Shown here: positions 1-12,275 of the stretch, one piece after another
How positions within the stretch are numbered: position 1 is the stretch's first letter
Layout: each line of letters begins with the position of its first letter
Origin: an uncultured Chloroflexia bacterium
Lineage (GTDB): Bacteria > Chloroflexota > Limnocylindria > Limnocylindrales > CSP1-4
DNA length: 64,000 nt
Assembly (NCBI GenBank): GCA_963752475.1
Contig: CAVVYR010000001.1
Coordinates: forward strand, 64,001 to 128,000
Reading direction: 5' to 3'
The notes under the pieces: generated by a model
Seen by the model: the letters and a program-made list of their open reading frames with translations, nothing else
What the model was told of the DNA's origin: nothing
The model's database searches: none
Program-made: the position numbers and the translations under genes

Positions 1-3000
1 GAGGATGACGGCGGCACGCCGATAGTGGCTGGCCAGGTCCGGCTGCGACAGGTACGTGTCCACCAGCATCGAGCGAGGCGCCAGGCCGTCCCAGTCCGGC
101 CCATAGATGGTCAGGTCCAGACCGGCGACAAGCGCGTCCTCGATGATCCTGGCGTCTGGTGCCTCGCGAGAGGCGCCGATGAACTCCACGCCCAAGCGGC
201 TCGCCGTTCAGCCGCGTCATCGAGGTGGAAGACACGCGTGTCAGTGCACTGCAGCATCGGGCTGACGGTGAGGCGCTCGTCGGCAGACAGCCGAGCGCGT
301 GAAGCTCTCGGACGCGACGAATACATGGTCGTACGAGAGCAGCTCGGCGGTGTTGACGAGGTCTGGGTGGCTGATGAGCCACATGAGGTTGACCTGGCCG
401 GGACGCGGCTCGTATTCGTCGAGCCCCCTCAGCACGATGACCGCATCGTCCCCGAGCGCGAGCTCGCTGTACCACTCGTCCATGCAGTCGATGCGGACGC
501 GGTAGCCCAGCTTTCGCAGTGAGGCTGCCCAGGCTCCTGGCGAAGTGATAGTCGCCCCACTGGCCGCGGTCATCTCGCGGCTGGGCGCGCCGATCTTGAT
601 GCCGATCCTGCGCCGCTCGCCGAGGCTCTCGAATTCCGCGAGCGCCTGCACGGCCCGTGCACGATACGTGTGCTCGGCCTCGACCTGCGCGCTGTAGGTC
701 TGCCACACGCTGGGTGCGTGCCGCGTCGTCGCCGAGGTACGTCCAGAGCAGCTGTTCGAGCTCCTGCTTGTTGCCATACGTAGGCAGCAGGTCGCCGAAG
801 ACCTCCTGCGCACCGGCTTCGCCATTGGTGACGACCAGCGCGCCCGCAGCGATGGCGTCGAAGACGCGGCTGTTGACCGAACCCCACGATTTGGTGGCAC
901 TGTTCGCGTCGTCGACCACCAGCTTGGTGCTGGCATAGACATCCGGCATCTCGGGATACGGGACCGGTCCACGCAGGCTCGCGGCCAGGTCGGCGAAGCG
1001 TTCCCAGCCATGGCCGAAGAGGGCGAATTCGAAGGGCAAACCGGCCGGCTGGAGGTCATAGACGATCTCGCGGGGCGCACCATGGAAGCTGCCGGTGAAG
1101 CAGTAGTCGCTGGCCAGCTCCCGTCGCGTCTGGCCCTGCCTGAAGTGCTCGCGTTGGTCGCCAGCCGGACCACTGAGACGATCGCGAGTGAGCACCTCCG
1201 CCATGTGAGCCGCACCGCGCTCGGAAGACGCCCACACCAAGTCATAGTCGTCGATCCATGGCCGGCTGGCCCAGCGATCGAACCAGTTGCGGGCCCAGGC
1301 CACGGTCGTCAGGCCGTGGTGCCGGTTGGTCGCCCGCGAGAGGTCGTAGTCGTCTCTCATCGTGATGAGGATGTCCACGCCATCGAGGTCGTACCAGTTG
1401 CGCTCCATGTCCAGGAACACGACACGGCAGGGCGTTTGCGCGCTGGAGCGCACGGCCGAGCTCCAGCGCGGTGTAGTAGTCACCGGCGCTGGCATCCTCA
1501 CTGGCCTCGGTCACGGCGAAGGCGATGCACGGCGGCTTCGACGTCCAGAACCCCGGCCGTTGAAGCAGGTCCTGTGCCTGCTGGCGCCTCAGCCAACTGC
1601 CCTGACGCTCGTGGAGCAACTGCGAGTTCCTGAACAGGTGGCTGTGGAGGCGCTGACCTCGCGACCCGCGCGTGCTGCCTCGCGCATGGGTCGCCGCGAC
1701 GTCGTTGGCCGAGACCACGCGCTTGCCTGACTCGCGGGCCATGCTGAGACAGAAGTCGACGTCCTCGAGGCCATAGAAGATAGCCCTCGTCCAACCCGCC
1801 GACAGCCAGGAATTCCTCGCGCCGGCAAGCCATGAGTGCGGCCGTCACCGAGGGTGAGTCGACGAGCGCCTCGCGGACATCCGCGAGGCCGTGGGTGGAA
1901 CGCGCCTCGAACGGATGCACCGACCGCTCCACATGAGCCGGAGAGAAGAACACACCCAGGTGCTGCACGGCGGGCGCGTGGTCCTTGGAGCCGTGGCGGG
2001 TCCATCAGGCGGAAACCGACGACACCGATGGACGCGTCCTGCAGCACCCGAACGGCCTCGCCAGCGATATCGTCACGGAGCTCCAGGTCGTTGTTGGCCA
2101 GGAGCAGGACGTCGGCATCGGTGGAACGGGCGGCGAGATTGCTGGACTCGGAGAACGAGTAGTTGTGGTCGCGGCGGATGACTGGTCAGCGGCAGCCGCT
2201 CGCGCCCACTTCTCGAGGACCTCGAGGCTCGCGTCTTGTGAGGCGTGGTCGACGACGATGTACTCGACATTCGGGTGAACCACGTTGCACTCGACACTGG
2301 CGAAGAGTCGGTCCAGGAGGGCGGCGCCATCACGATTGAGCGTGACCATCGCCACCTTCGGATCGTTGGGCAAGCCGGCAGACGCCTGCGCTTCCGATGG
2401 TTGCAGCCGTGGCCCGGGAGCGAGGGTCAGCCCATCAGGGCTCGGAGGCACGACGTGGGCCATCTGAGCGAACGCCGCACGTCCCGAACGTGGACGCGAC
2501 ACGGATCTCGACCGGGTGGTCGGCAGCCAGATTCGGTGGTGGCGCGTAGTGGAAGCCGTACGGGTGGTCATCCGCAAAGCCATCGTACTTGGCTGCCACA
2601 TCCGGCCGGGGCACATCGGTCTCGATGCTGGCCAGCAGCGCGCCATCCACGAACACATCCAGGAGCACGGGTTGACCCGGGGCGGAGCGGTCCCGGACCC
2701 AGCCTCTGATCTCCCGCGCGGAGAGCTCGTCGATGGCACCGTCGATCCAGGCAGGCTCCCCTGCCCTGACGACTGGAGGCTGGGGCCTCGTGACACCAGT
2801 CCGCCCAGCGCGGCCGCGACCCAGTATCACGGGGGTCCCGGCGACGCGGATGATGACATCGTCGCGCTCGAGTGCCAGCCGCTCATGGAAGGCATGCCGG
2901 CCGACCCCGATGTCCGCCCGTTCGAGATCCTCTCGGTATGAGTCGGCGCTCAACGTCGCTAGCGTCTCGCCATCTCTCTCGACGCAGATCGAGACCGGGT

Positions 3001-3858
3001 CAAGCGGCCGTGCTCGATCCTGTGCCCAGCCCTCGAGTTCCAGATGACCGTCGGCCCACTCGGCTGCTTCCAGCGCACCTCTGAAGCGCTGGAGCAATTC
3101 GACTCGTAGCGGGCTACCCGTCAGTGGCCGACCGTCAGCGAGCACCTCGACCGCGGTCGCGTTCGAATGTAGCGCCGCCTCGGGCAGATCCACCCTAAAG
3201 CCTCGCCGCCGCGTCCTGTCGTCCAGGCACAGGCTCAATCGAGGGGCGCCACGCCAGACGATCGTTCCATCATGGCGGACTTCGACCTCTGTCTCATCCA
3301 CGCTGTCGTCGAGCCAGCCCTCCACGACGGCGCCATCGATGACACGGACGGACCCCGGCACCGTCGCGTCGCTATTCGCCCCCAGCTGCGTCGCTCCCGT
3401 GACGGATCCACCAGCCTCGACAGTCAGCGAGGATGCCGGACGGAGGAGCGGGGAGCTCAGGAGATGCTGCAGCGGGTTCATCCCGAGCGCGGCGCACTCA
3501 GGATGACGCCGCACGTAGTCGCGGCCGTCGAACCCCGGCTTGGGGTTGCGTCCCTCGCGCCAACCGAAGAGCAGATAGTGGTCGAGCGGATGCAGGCGCA
3601 CGCGGCGCATGTCGGGATACGCGGAGAGGAACCAAGGCCATATCGAAGTAGCTGGTTCGGGTCACGCGGCTCGGTCGCCGTCAGGCTGCGGAACTGGCGA
3701 TACGCGCGCAGGCGCCCGCGTGGCGCATCGGGGTAGCGGCATCGGTACCACTCGTCGTCGAAGAGTGGGTTGACCCGCAAACCCAAGCGCAGCGAGGTAG
3801 CTCGCGCCAGCAACGGCAGATCACGCTCGGACGCGTGATGCGATCCGACGCCGAGCAT
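1..3858 (-). CDS. Very large multidomain glycosyltransferase (N-terminal YPD/HY..G..EGR.P repeats, about 3 Ig-like modules, GT2, then CgeB/Glyco_trans_1_2-like domains); frameshifted several times and runs off the window start
   Basis: Consecutive minus-strand ORF pieces: NPLFDDEWYRCRYPD; HYLLFGWREGRNP..FDGRDY; repeated GW..D...P..PV...DG..LA...D..R.D modules; KVAMVTLNRDG..IVVDHASQD; SVTAALMACRREEFLAVGGLDE; GDYYTALELGRAL; EHTYRARA; NLMWLISHPD. Confidence 0.75.
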
Positions 3859-3974
3859 CAGACGAGAGCCACCAACTCAAGGGACGGGCGCTAGGCACGG
3901 AGTACTCCCCTCACGGGCGTGGGCTGAGCTCATTCGCGCTAGGCAGCGCACTTCCGCACTCAAGCCCATCAGCC

Positions 3975-4764
3975 TCATGCTGGCGCGCTCGTAGGACCAG
4001 CGGCCTGCTCGAGCCGGCTACGTGCGTGATCGTGGAGCATCGCGTCGAAGCGGTTGAGCTCGCGGATCCGCTCCCGGGCAGCGGGCTCGATGGTGTCGAG
4101 TGCGGGGCGCTTGGGATTGACGTTCTCACGCTGCACGGTCGGCAGCGTGGAGCCGATGACCTGCCCCAGCACGGCCGCGCTGCGATCCATCTGTTCGGTC
4201 ACGAGCAGCGCCGCGAAGTGCGCCTCGATGTTCATCAGGGCCTGGTCAAGCATGGTCTGGGTGATACCGCCGAAGGGCACACCGCGAACGCCGGCGATGT
4301 TGCGCACCATGAGATTGTCGACGGCGAGCTTGTCACCCTTGAATACCCACTCCTCGAGCGAGGCCCGGCTGAAGCGCATGCGCAGCCGCTCGCGGTGTCC
4401 CTTGCCTCCGAAACGGATGCCGGGCAGGTTGCGGTAGTGATAGAAGAGCGAGGCCACGCGATCGACGGGGTCGCGCACGACCGTGACGTAGCGCGACGGC
4501 CGCGGCACCCGGCGATGGACCCCGAACGTGAAGTGACCGGCGATGAGCGCGTAGCGACCGATCTGCTCGGACGTTAACGCCTGGAAGTCCGCGCGTGTCA
4601 TGGCGCCGTCGAGCTCGCCGGGGCCGTAGACAAGCCCGACCTGACGGTCGGCGTAGGCCTGCAAGAACGGCCGTTCGCAGCGACGTCCCGCCCGTCTTGG
4701 GCAGGTGCATGAAGAGCAGGACGTCGTCGCCGATGGAAGGTACCTGCGATGACCCTGGATTCAT
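3975..4764 (-). CDS. Sulfotransferase family 2 protein (one frameshift near 4662)
   Basis: 5'-PSB motif FMHLPKTGGTSL in one frame, then GHF, 3'-PB VRDPVDRVASLFYH and C-terminal LNRFD..L in ORF 3975-4664. Confidence 0.8.
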
Positions 4765-5618
4765 GAGCGGGCGGGCCACCAGCCGGTGCGGAACGACTCG
4801 GCTTCGGAGCGCTCGAGCATCGTCTCGTAGAGCTCGACATCGAGGCGGTTGAGCTCGCGGATGCGCTGGCGCAGCTCCGGATCGAGCTGGTCGACGCCGG
4901 GACGCTTGTCGTTCACGTTGGCCCGGACCTGGTTGGGGATGGCATAGCCCAAGCGCGTGCCCAGGCGGCGCAAGTCGCGGTTCATGTGCTCCGCGAAGAG
5001 GATCATCGCGAAGTGCGCGTCGATGTGCTCGATGGCCTCGGCCAGCATGTCGTCGGTAGTGGCGCCGTACTCGACAGCAGGCCGGCCGGAGATGGCCCGG
5101 ACCTGCTGGTTGTCCGCCTCGATCCGCTGGAGGCCAAAGACCCAGTCCTCGAGCGAGAGGTCCCGATCCTCGATCATCTGCCGCTCGCGGGCCGCGCGGC
5201 CCTCCTTGGCGGGTACGACCTGACGGTAGTGGTAGTAGTGCGACATCACCCGATCGACCGGGTCGCGCAGGACCGCCACGTACCGACACTCATGTGGAAC
5301 CAGGCGATGGGTGCCATACGAGAGGTGGCCCATCACGAATCGAAGCTGTGCCCGCCGCTCCTCCGGCAGGTTCTCGAACTCGCGCGGGTGCATCGAACCC
5401 TCGAGGCCGGGCGCATCGTAGAGATAGACGCGCTCGTCGGGCTCGTAGGCCTGGCCCATGGCCTGCCGCAGGGACGTCCCGGCCGTCTTGGGAATGTGCA
5501 GGAAGATGAGCGTCCAGTCGTGGCGCGGACGGAAAGCGACAAAAACCCGGTGTGCAGCGTCACGGACGCGGTCGGTCGATACCACACGTGCAGGATGCCA
5601 CTGATACCCATCTGCCAT
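4761..5618 (-). CDS. Sulfotransferase family 2 protein
   Basis: FLHIPKTAGTSL, MGH, LRDPVDRVMSHYYH, LNRLDVELYE; paralog of the downstream gene. Confidence 0.88.
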   Translation of the reverse strand: MADGYQWHPARVVSTDRVRDAAHRVFVAFRPRHDWTLIFLHIPKTAGTSLRQAMGQAYEPDERVYLYDAPGLEGSMHPREFENLPEERRAQLRFVMGHLSYGTHRLVPHECRYVAVLRDPVDRVMSHYYHYRQVVPAKEGRAARERQMIEDRDLSLEDWVFGLQRIEADNQQVRAISGRPAVEYGATTDDMLAEAIEHIDAHFAMILFAEHMNRDLRRLGTRLGYAIPNQVRANVNDKRPGVDQLDPELRQRIRELNRLDVELYETMLERSEAESFRTGWWPARS

Positions 5619-5747
5619 CGGCCGTCTATCCTAGCGACTGATGCATCGACGAAGAGGGATGGGCGCGGAGCTGGATCTCCGCTTGTCTCCCGCGACTTCC
5701 AACACGAAGAACCGCCTCGGCGACCGCCCAGCATCTGGGGCGGCCGA

Positions 5748-6600
5748 GTGACGCAACGAACCGCAGATCAGCACATCGCGCAGATCGTCCCCGCCGAGAA
5801 GTGGCCGGTCCTCGGCTGGGGTGAACTCTGGCGCATGCGCCGCATCCTGTTCGTGCTCGCCCAGCGCATCCTCAAGGTGCGCTACCAGCATACGGCGTCT
5901 CGGCATCCTCTGGGTCGTGCTGCAGCCGCTCATCCTGGTGCTCATCGTCAGCGTCTTCATGGGCTTCGTCATCGGCCGCGGCATGCGGGGGATCTGCCCT
6001 TCGCGGTCTGGCTCTTCCCCGCCTGGGTCGCCTGGCGAACGTTCCAGAAGGTCGTCAACGAAGGGGGCGGCAGCGTCAATGCCAACGGCGCGCTGGTCCA
6101 GCGCATCTACCTGCCGCGAATCTTCTTCCCGATGGCCGTGTCTCTCGCCAGCCTCGTCGACCTGGTCTTCATGATGCTGGCGCAGCTGGCTCTGCAGGCA
6201 GCGTACGGCATCGTTCCCGGCAAGGGCATGCTGCTTGTCCCGGTCGCGGTCGTGATCATGTACATGGCCGCCCTCGGGTTCTCGTTCTTCTTCTCCTCGT
6301 CATCGCTGCAGTACCGCGACATGGACATCATCAAGCCGCTGCTCGTGCAGGCCTGGTTCTGGATGTCGCCGATCATCTACCCGGCGACGCAGATCCCCGA
6401 GGATGTCCGGACGTTCTACTGCCTGAACCCAATGGCGGTCGTCATCGAGTCCTTCCGCTACGGGCTTCACGAACTCGACGCCGCAACCGCCGACGGAAGC
6501 CTGGGTCCTCGGCTTCTCGACGGCCTTGATCGCGCTCATCGCCGGCTACTTCTACTTCCGGCGACATGAACCGCTGTTCGCGGACTTCCTGGGCGAATGA
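5748..6600 (+). CDS. ABC-2 polysaccharide exporter permease (Wzm/TagG-like), frameshifted
   Basis: GELWRMRRILF..RILKVRYQ.T / LGILWVVLQPL, LVQRIYLPR, YRD, FWMSPIIYP, LNPMAVVIESFR; ATGA overlap with the next gene. Confidence 0.82.
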
Positions 6601-7388
6601 GCGAGACACGAGCTGGCCATCGAGGCCGAGGGCCTGGGCAAGTCGTTCCGACTCGCCCGACGGCCGGCGAACGGCGCGCTACTCGACCGCATCGCCGGCG
6701 TGCTCTCGCGCAACGGCCGCCCTGATGACGACCTAGGAGGGACAAGTGATGTGGGCGCTCCGGGACGTCGAGCCTGCATGTCCCGCGGGGCGAGATCTAC
6801 GGCGTCATCGGACGCAACGGCTCCGGCAAGACGACATTGCTCAAGCTCCTTGCGCAAGTCACCGCGCCGACGGAGGGTCATGCCACCGTGCGCGGCCGCG
6901 TGGCTCCGCTGCTGCAGGTCGGTGCCGGTTTCCACCCCAGCTCACGGGCCGCGACAACATCGCGCTCAGCGGCGCCATCCTGGGCATGAGCGTAGAGGAG
7001 GTCCAGGAGCGCTTCGACGACATCGTCGAGTTCTCCGAGATCGGCAAGTACCTGGACCAGCCGGTGAAGAACTACTCCAGCGGCATGTACGCACGCCTGG
7101 CCTTCAGCGTGCGCCTCACATCTGCCGGCCGAGATCATGCTCATCGACGAGGTCCTGTCGGTGGGCGATGCTGACTTCCAGCAGAAGGCGCAGCGCCACA
7201 TGAAGGAGACGCTGACGCGATGGTCGCACGGTCGTCTACGTGGGCCACGGGCTGCACATCGTGCGCGAGTCTGTGCTCGCACGCGTTGGTTCTCGGACGC
7301 GCGGCCAAGGACCGTCTTCGAGGGTGAGGCCGAACGACGCTGCCGACTACTACATGGAAGAGGTCGTCAAGCAGCCCGCGTCGGCTAG
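6597..7388 (+). CDS. ABC polysaccharide exporter ATPase (Wzt/TagH-like), several frameshifts
   Basis: WALRDV, GVIGRNGSGKTTLL (Walker A), LTGRDNI, PVKNYSSGMYARLAF, LIDEVLSVGDADFQQK across frames. Confidence 0.82.
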
Positions 7389-9527
7389 CGCTCCAAGCGC
7401 CCCCAGTCGAGGTCGCAGTCGACGCGGTCGGCGTCGAGGTTGGGGTTGAAGTACGGGTCGCCCGAACGAAGCATCGCCTCCCAGCGCTCCCACAGGCGAG
7501 CCTGGTCGGGCACGTACGGCACCGAGCCACGTGAGCGGCTCTCGTGGTGGATCAGCCGGCTGTCCGGCGTCCACAGCACGCGGCGACCGGTGGCCGCTAC
7601 GCGCACACAGAAGTCGACGTCGTTGCCGCTGACCTCCAGCTCCTCGTCGAAGCCGCCGACCTCCTCGAAGACCGACCGCTCCACCATCAGGCAGGCGCCG
7701 GTGACCGCTGAGACCTCGTGCGTCAGGCGCTGCGCGTCGAGGTACAGGTCGGCGTCCGGGTCGAGGCCCTGGAACCAATGCGCTGCGCCCCCGCCGTGCC
7801 CCACGAGCAGCACGCCGGCGTGCTGGATCATGCCGTCCGGGTAGAGCAGCATCGAGCCGACCACGCCCACGTCGGGGCGGCGAACCTGGCGGACGAGGTC
7901 GTCCATCCACGCGGGGTCGGTAGCCTCGATGTCGTCGTTGAGGAAGAGCAGCAGCTCGCCGCTCGCAGCCTGCGCGCCGACGTTGTTCAGGCGAGACCAG
8001 TTGAAGGGCTCGTGGCGCTCGATCACGTCGCGCCGGAGTCCGCCAGGCGCGCGATGCCCTCGGGATGGGCGCCGCGCCCGTTGTCGACGAAGATGACCTC
8101 GAGGTCCGGGTAGGCCGTCTGTTCGGTCAGCGTGGCCAGAATCATGTCGACGACATCGCTGCGCCCGGTGGTAGGGACGATGACCGAGACGCGAGGGATG
8201 GTGGTCGCCTGCGGCCACTCGATCCGCCGGATCGGACCGCTGGCGCCCGCGTGGCTGTGCACGATGGCGTCGTCGCAGCCCCGACGCTCCAGCTCCGCGC
8301 GCACGGCCGCGGCTTCGGCTGATTGTCGCGCTGGGTCGTCGGTGAGCGGCTCGGACCAGAGCACGTGGGGCACATGCTCGATGGCCCCTACCCCCTCGGT
8401 CAACGCCAGCGACAACGAGTAGCGCCAGGCCGGATCCGAGGCATCGGGCGGCTCGACCAAGAGCTCGCGCAGCCGCTTCCCGTCGCGGGCGACGAAGGCG
8501 CCTCGGATGTAGTCCTGTGCCAGCAACCGGTCGGGCGACCAATCAGGTACGTGCCAGGGATCGCGCTGGCGCCCCTCGGCGTCAAGGCGGTCATGGTCGG
8601 CGTAGATGATGTCAGCCTCGCCGGCCGCGGCTGCGTACGCTCGGCTGGCCAGCGGTGAGAGGACGTCACCTGCCTGCAGGAAACCGACCAATCGATCCTC
8701 GTCGACCTCGGCCGGGAGCGGATCGTCGCCGCGGGCGAGCACGGACCAGGTCGTGTCGGCATCGCGCTGATCGGCGAGCGAAGCCAGGGTCGCGTCGACG
8801 CCGTCGTCGCCCACGACCACGAAGTGACACGAGGCCTGTGCCGGCTCCTCGGCGGGCAGAACGGGCCTCCAGCGCGGCCTGGTCCAGCTCGTACAGGCGC
8901 TGGTATCCGGCGATCGGGATCGATGCGCTCGAACGATCGGGCCAGCACCCGCACGTTCCCGGCCCGATCGCGCGCGACCACGTGCAGCACGTGCGTACCC
9001 ACCGCCACGTCATCAAGCGGCACGATGGCCCCGAAGCCGGCGATGCCCTCTACGCTGAGGTGCTGGCGTTCGACCTCGACGTCTGGGCGTGCGCGTCCGG
9101 TGAAGGCCGGGCCGACGAACTCCCCATCGAGGTAGAGCTCGATCGAATCCACGCCCACCGGCGCATGTGCCCAGCCAAGGACCATGGCCCGTGGTGCGCC
9201 CTCTCGCGCGTCGCGACGTGGCCGGTCAAGCTCGATGCGCACCTGGTCCGGCCGCACCTCCGGCACCGGCGGGCCGTAGATGTCGCGGTTCCGGGCAGCG
9301 CCGATCCGTACCAGCACCTTCTCGGTGCCGCGGTCGACTGTGGCGCGCCAGCCGTGGAGCCGAGCATGGACGATGACCTTGCCCGCGACGGACACCCGCA
9401 GGCGAGACAGCAGGCGCGCGCTCAGCGGCTTGGCCTGGCTACGACCGGCGCGCGCGCGTTCGACGGCCCCGGCCAGGTAGCGCCGCTTCCGCCGGGCGGC
9501 AGGCATCGCCCGCCACAGTTCCGGCAC
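7385..9527 (-). CDS. Multidomain GT2 glycosyltransferase with N-terminal Ig-like module; frameshifted, start uncertain (about 9420-9527)
   Basis: GWAHAPVGVDSIELYLDG Ig-like module; IIYADHD..DWSPDRLL; VSVIVPT; FNWSRLNN, FLNDD, SAVTGACL, GGFDE..NDVDFC, DPYFNPNL. Confidence 0.78.
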
Positions 9528-10462
9528 CGCAGCGCAGGCGGCGCGGATCGGCGAAGAGCACGAAGACCCACGACTGCAGCTCGCGCAGGGCGACCCAGGG
9601 CAGGTCGCGCAGCAAGCCGCCGAGCTCCTCGTTCTTCAGCTGCATCAGCCGCTGGTTGCGCCAGGAGAGCGCGCGGACGCGCGGCGGATTGGAGAGGTTC
9701 GCGGCGGCCACGTCGCGCCAGCCGCTCACACCGGTGTCCCCTCCTCCACGGGCGTGCCAGGCGCGGGCGGCCGGCTCGAACCAGGCGCCCCAGCCGAGCC
9801 GCTGCAGCCGCCACGCGAGGTCGACGTCTTCCTTGTAGGCGAAGAAGTCCTCGTCGAGGACCTCCCAGCCACCGCCGGTGCGCGGCTCGCGGGCCTCCTC
9901 GAGCGCCGAGCGACGGAAGACCGGCGCAGGCCCGTCGGCACCCCACACCGGGATCGGCACGGTAGGCACCCGGGATCGCGGACGACCGTCGCGCTGGTCC
10001 CGGCTCACGACGCGTCGGTCGCGATGCATGACCAGGCCGGCGGTGTCGATGACGTCGGTGCGAGCGCCGGGCCCGTCCAGCCGCCACACCAGGCCCTGCA
10101 CGGCCGCCACTCGCGGCCGCTCTTCGAGCGCCGCCACGGACGCCTCGAGGAAACCGGGGTCGAGCTCCACGTCCTGGTTGAGCAGCAGCACGGCCTCGCC
10201 GCGAGCGGCCGCGATGTTGCGGTTGTGCGCCGGGGCATAGCCCAGGTTCTCCGCTGATTCGACGAGCCCGATACGGTCATCGGCCGCGGCACGCTCCCGC
10301 AGCCACTCGACGCTGCCGTCGCCCGAGCCGTTGTCGAAGATGAGCAGCTCGTAGTCCTCGAGCGTCTGCGCCGCCACCGAGTCGAGGCACCCGGGCAGCC
10401 ACTCGAGGCCGTTCCAGGTCACCAGCGAGATCGGTGACCGCCGGCACGCTGTCCCTGCCCAT
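9439..10462 (-). CDS. GT2 family glycosyltransferase (rhamnosyltransferase-like); frameshifts near both ends
   Basis: TWNG..L..CL, FDNGSGDGS, NLGYA..HN, LLLNQD, DEDFFAYKEDVDLAWR. Confidence 0.82.
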
Positions 10463-11412
10463 CACGCGCGCCCGGCGGACCGGCGCTGGAGCGCGAACAT
10501 CGCCTGCACCAACGGACGCAACGGACGCGCGGTGTCGGCCTCGAGGTGCTCGCGGTAGAAGCGCTCGTGCGAGTCGACGATGGCGCGCTTCACCCGCCGT
10601 CGGGTCTCGAGCTGCTCGGGATCGAGCTCGCCGTCAGGCCGTCGCACGTGGCTGCTGCTCGACTTCTCGTGTGTGGCTGCGGCCGTGCCCACGTAGCGCA
10701 CGCGCCAGCCGGCCTGGGTCACCCGCAGGCAGAGGTCGAGGTCCTCCGCGTAGAACCAGTAGCGCTCGTCCCAGCCGCCGACCGCCTCGAGCGCCTCGCG
10801 CCGGATGAGCAGGAATGCGCCCGAGCAGGCCTCGACGTCGTGGACCGTGCTCGTGTCCAGCCAGGTCATGCGGTAGTGGCCGAACCGCTGCGAGCGTGGG
10901 AAGAGCCCGGTCGAGCCGGGTCTTGTACCAGAGCGAGTCGAAGGGGCTGGGGATGCCGCGATGGCAGGCGTGATCGATGCCGCCGTCGGGCAGGTCCAGC
11001 CGACAGGTGGCGATGCCCACGTCCGGGTCCGTCGCCCACCTCGTCGAGCGACCGCCCCGAGCGTGTCCGGCTCGAGCATGACGTCCGAGTTCATGAACAG
11101 GATCCATTCGGTGGCGGCGCCCTCGGCACCCCGGTTGCAGGCCGCGGAGTAGCCGGGGTTGTCGCTGGTGGTCGCGACGCGCAGGCGCGGCCCATCGCTG
11201 CTGCCGGCCACCGAATCGGGCAGGACGAACTCCTCGAGCGGATCCACATCGACCACCACGACATCGGCCGGTACGGGATCGGCCGCGAAGACCCTCGCGA
11301 GGCACCGTCCCAGGAGCTCCGGATTGCGATAGTCGACCACGACCAGGGTCACATCGACGCGCGCCTTCCCCGCGGCCGTGGGCTCGAGGAGCGTCCTGGT
11401 CACCGTGGCCAT
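10462..11412 (-). CDS. GT2 family glycosyltransferase (WbbL-like)
   Basis: NPGYSAACNRG, FMNSD, SGAFLLIRREALEAVGGWDERYWFYAEDLDLC; an apparent compensating frameshift pair mid-gene. Confidence 0.82.
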   Translation of the reverse strand: MATVTRTLLEPTAAGKARVDVTLVVVDYRNPELLGRCLARVFAADPVPADVVVVDVDPLEEFVLPDSVAGSSDGPRLRVATTSDNPGYSAACNRGAEGAATEWILFMNSDVMLEPDTLGAVARRGGRRTRTWASPPVGWTCPTAASITPAIAASPAPSTRSGTRPGSTGLFPRSQRFGHYRMTWLDTSTVHDVEACSGAFLLIRREALEAVGGWDERYWFYAEDLDLCLRVTQAGWRVRYVGTAAATHEKSSSSHVRRPDGELDPEQLETRRRVKRAIVDSHERFYREHLEADTARPLRPLVQAMFALQRRSAGRA

Positions 11413-11531
11413 CGGCGCGTGCGTCCTCCCTTCGTCGTGTCGGTCGTTCCGCCCGACAGTATGGGGCCTTGCTCGAGGCCGGTCCTTGGTATCGTCTCGG
11501 AGCACATCCGCACCGAAGGAGAGCCCCCATC

Positions 11532-12275
11532 GTGAAGGGCGTCGTTCTCGCCGGCGGGACCGGTTCCCGTCTGCATCCGCTCACGCTGGTCACCAACAAG
11601 CACCTCTTGCCGGTGCACGACCGGCCCATGATCCACTTCCCGCTGCAGACGCTCGCGGGCATGGGCATCGACCAGGTCATGGTCATCCTCGGCGGCCGCA
11701 GCATCGGCGACATCGTGGAGCTGCTGTCGGACGGTCAGGACTTCGGGCTGGACCTCAGCTACCGCTACCAGCGCGGCTCACTGGGCATCGCCCACGCCAT
11801 CGGTCTGGTCCGTGAGTTCGTGGGCGATGAGGCCTTCTGCGTCGTCCTCGGCGACAACATCCTGCGCGGTGATGACCTCGCCGACGTCGCGGCCGAGTTC
11901 GAGAACGGACCCTGGGGCGCCGGCACCCTGCTCTACAAGGTGGATGACGCCAAGCGCTTCGGCGTGGCCGAGTTCGACGACGAGGGCAACGTCATCGGCT
12001 TCGAGGAGAAGCCCGAGGAGCCCAAGAGCGACTCCATCCCCATCGGCGTCTACTTCCTGCGGCCCGATGCCTTCGAGGTCATCGAGCAGCTCACGCCCAG
12101 CGGTCGCGGCGAGTTCGAGATCACCGACGTGCTCAACCACTACGTCGGCGACGGCGGGCTCTTCGCGCGCCACTACGAGGGTCGCTGGCACGACGCGGGC
12201 ACCATCGAGTCACTGCTGGAAGCGGCCACGATGGCCGCGAACGAAGACGAGCCTCAGCCGTCCTCAGGAAGCTGA
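11532..12275 (+). CDS. rmlA: Glucose-1-phosphate thymidylyltransferase (short form)
   Basis: GVVLAGGTGSRLHPLT..NKHLLPV, LGDN, EKP, PSGRGEFEITD, WHDAGT; RBS GAAGGAG upstream of the GTG. Confidence 0.9.
   Translation: MKGVVLAGGTGSRLHPLTLVTNKHLLPVHDRPMIHFPLQTLAGMGIDQVMVILGGRSIGDIVELLSDGQDFGLDLSYRYQRGSLGIAHAIGLVREFVGDEAFCVVLGDNILRGDDLADVAAEFENGPWGAGTLLYKVDDAKRFGVAEFDDEGNVIGFEEKPEEPKSDSIPIGVYFLRPDAFEVIEQLTPSGRGEFEITDVLNHYVGDGGLFARHYEGRWHDAGTIESLLEAATMAANEDEPQPSSGS

Noticed and set aside
1-11100. Mass pseudogenisation or programmed frameshifting of the glycan locus
   Set aside because: Breaks look like single-base indels, motifs are intact, and density falls with distance from the window start; low-coverage long-read error is more likely
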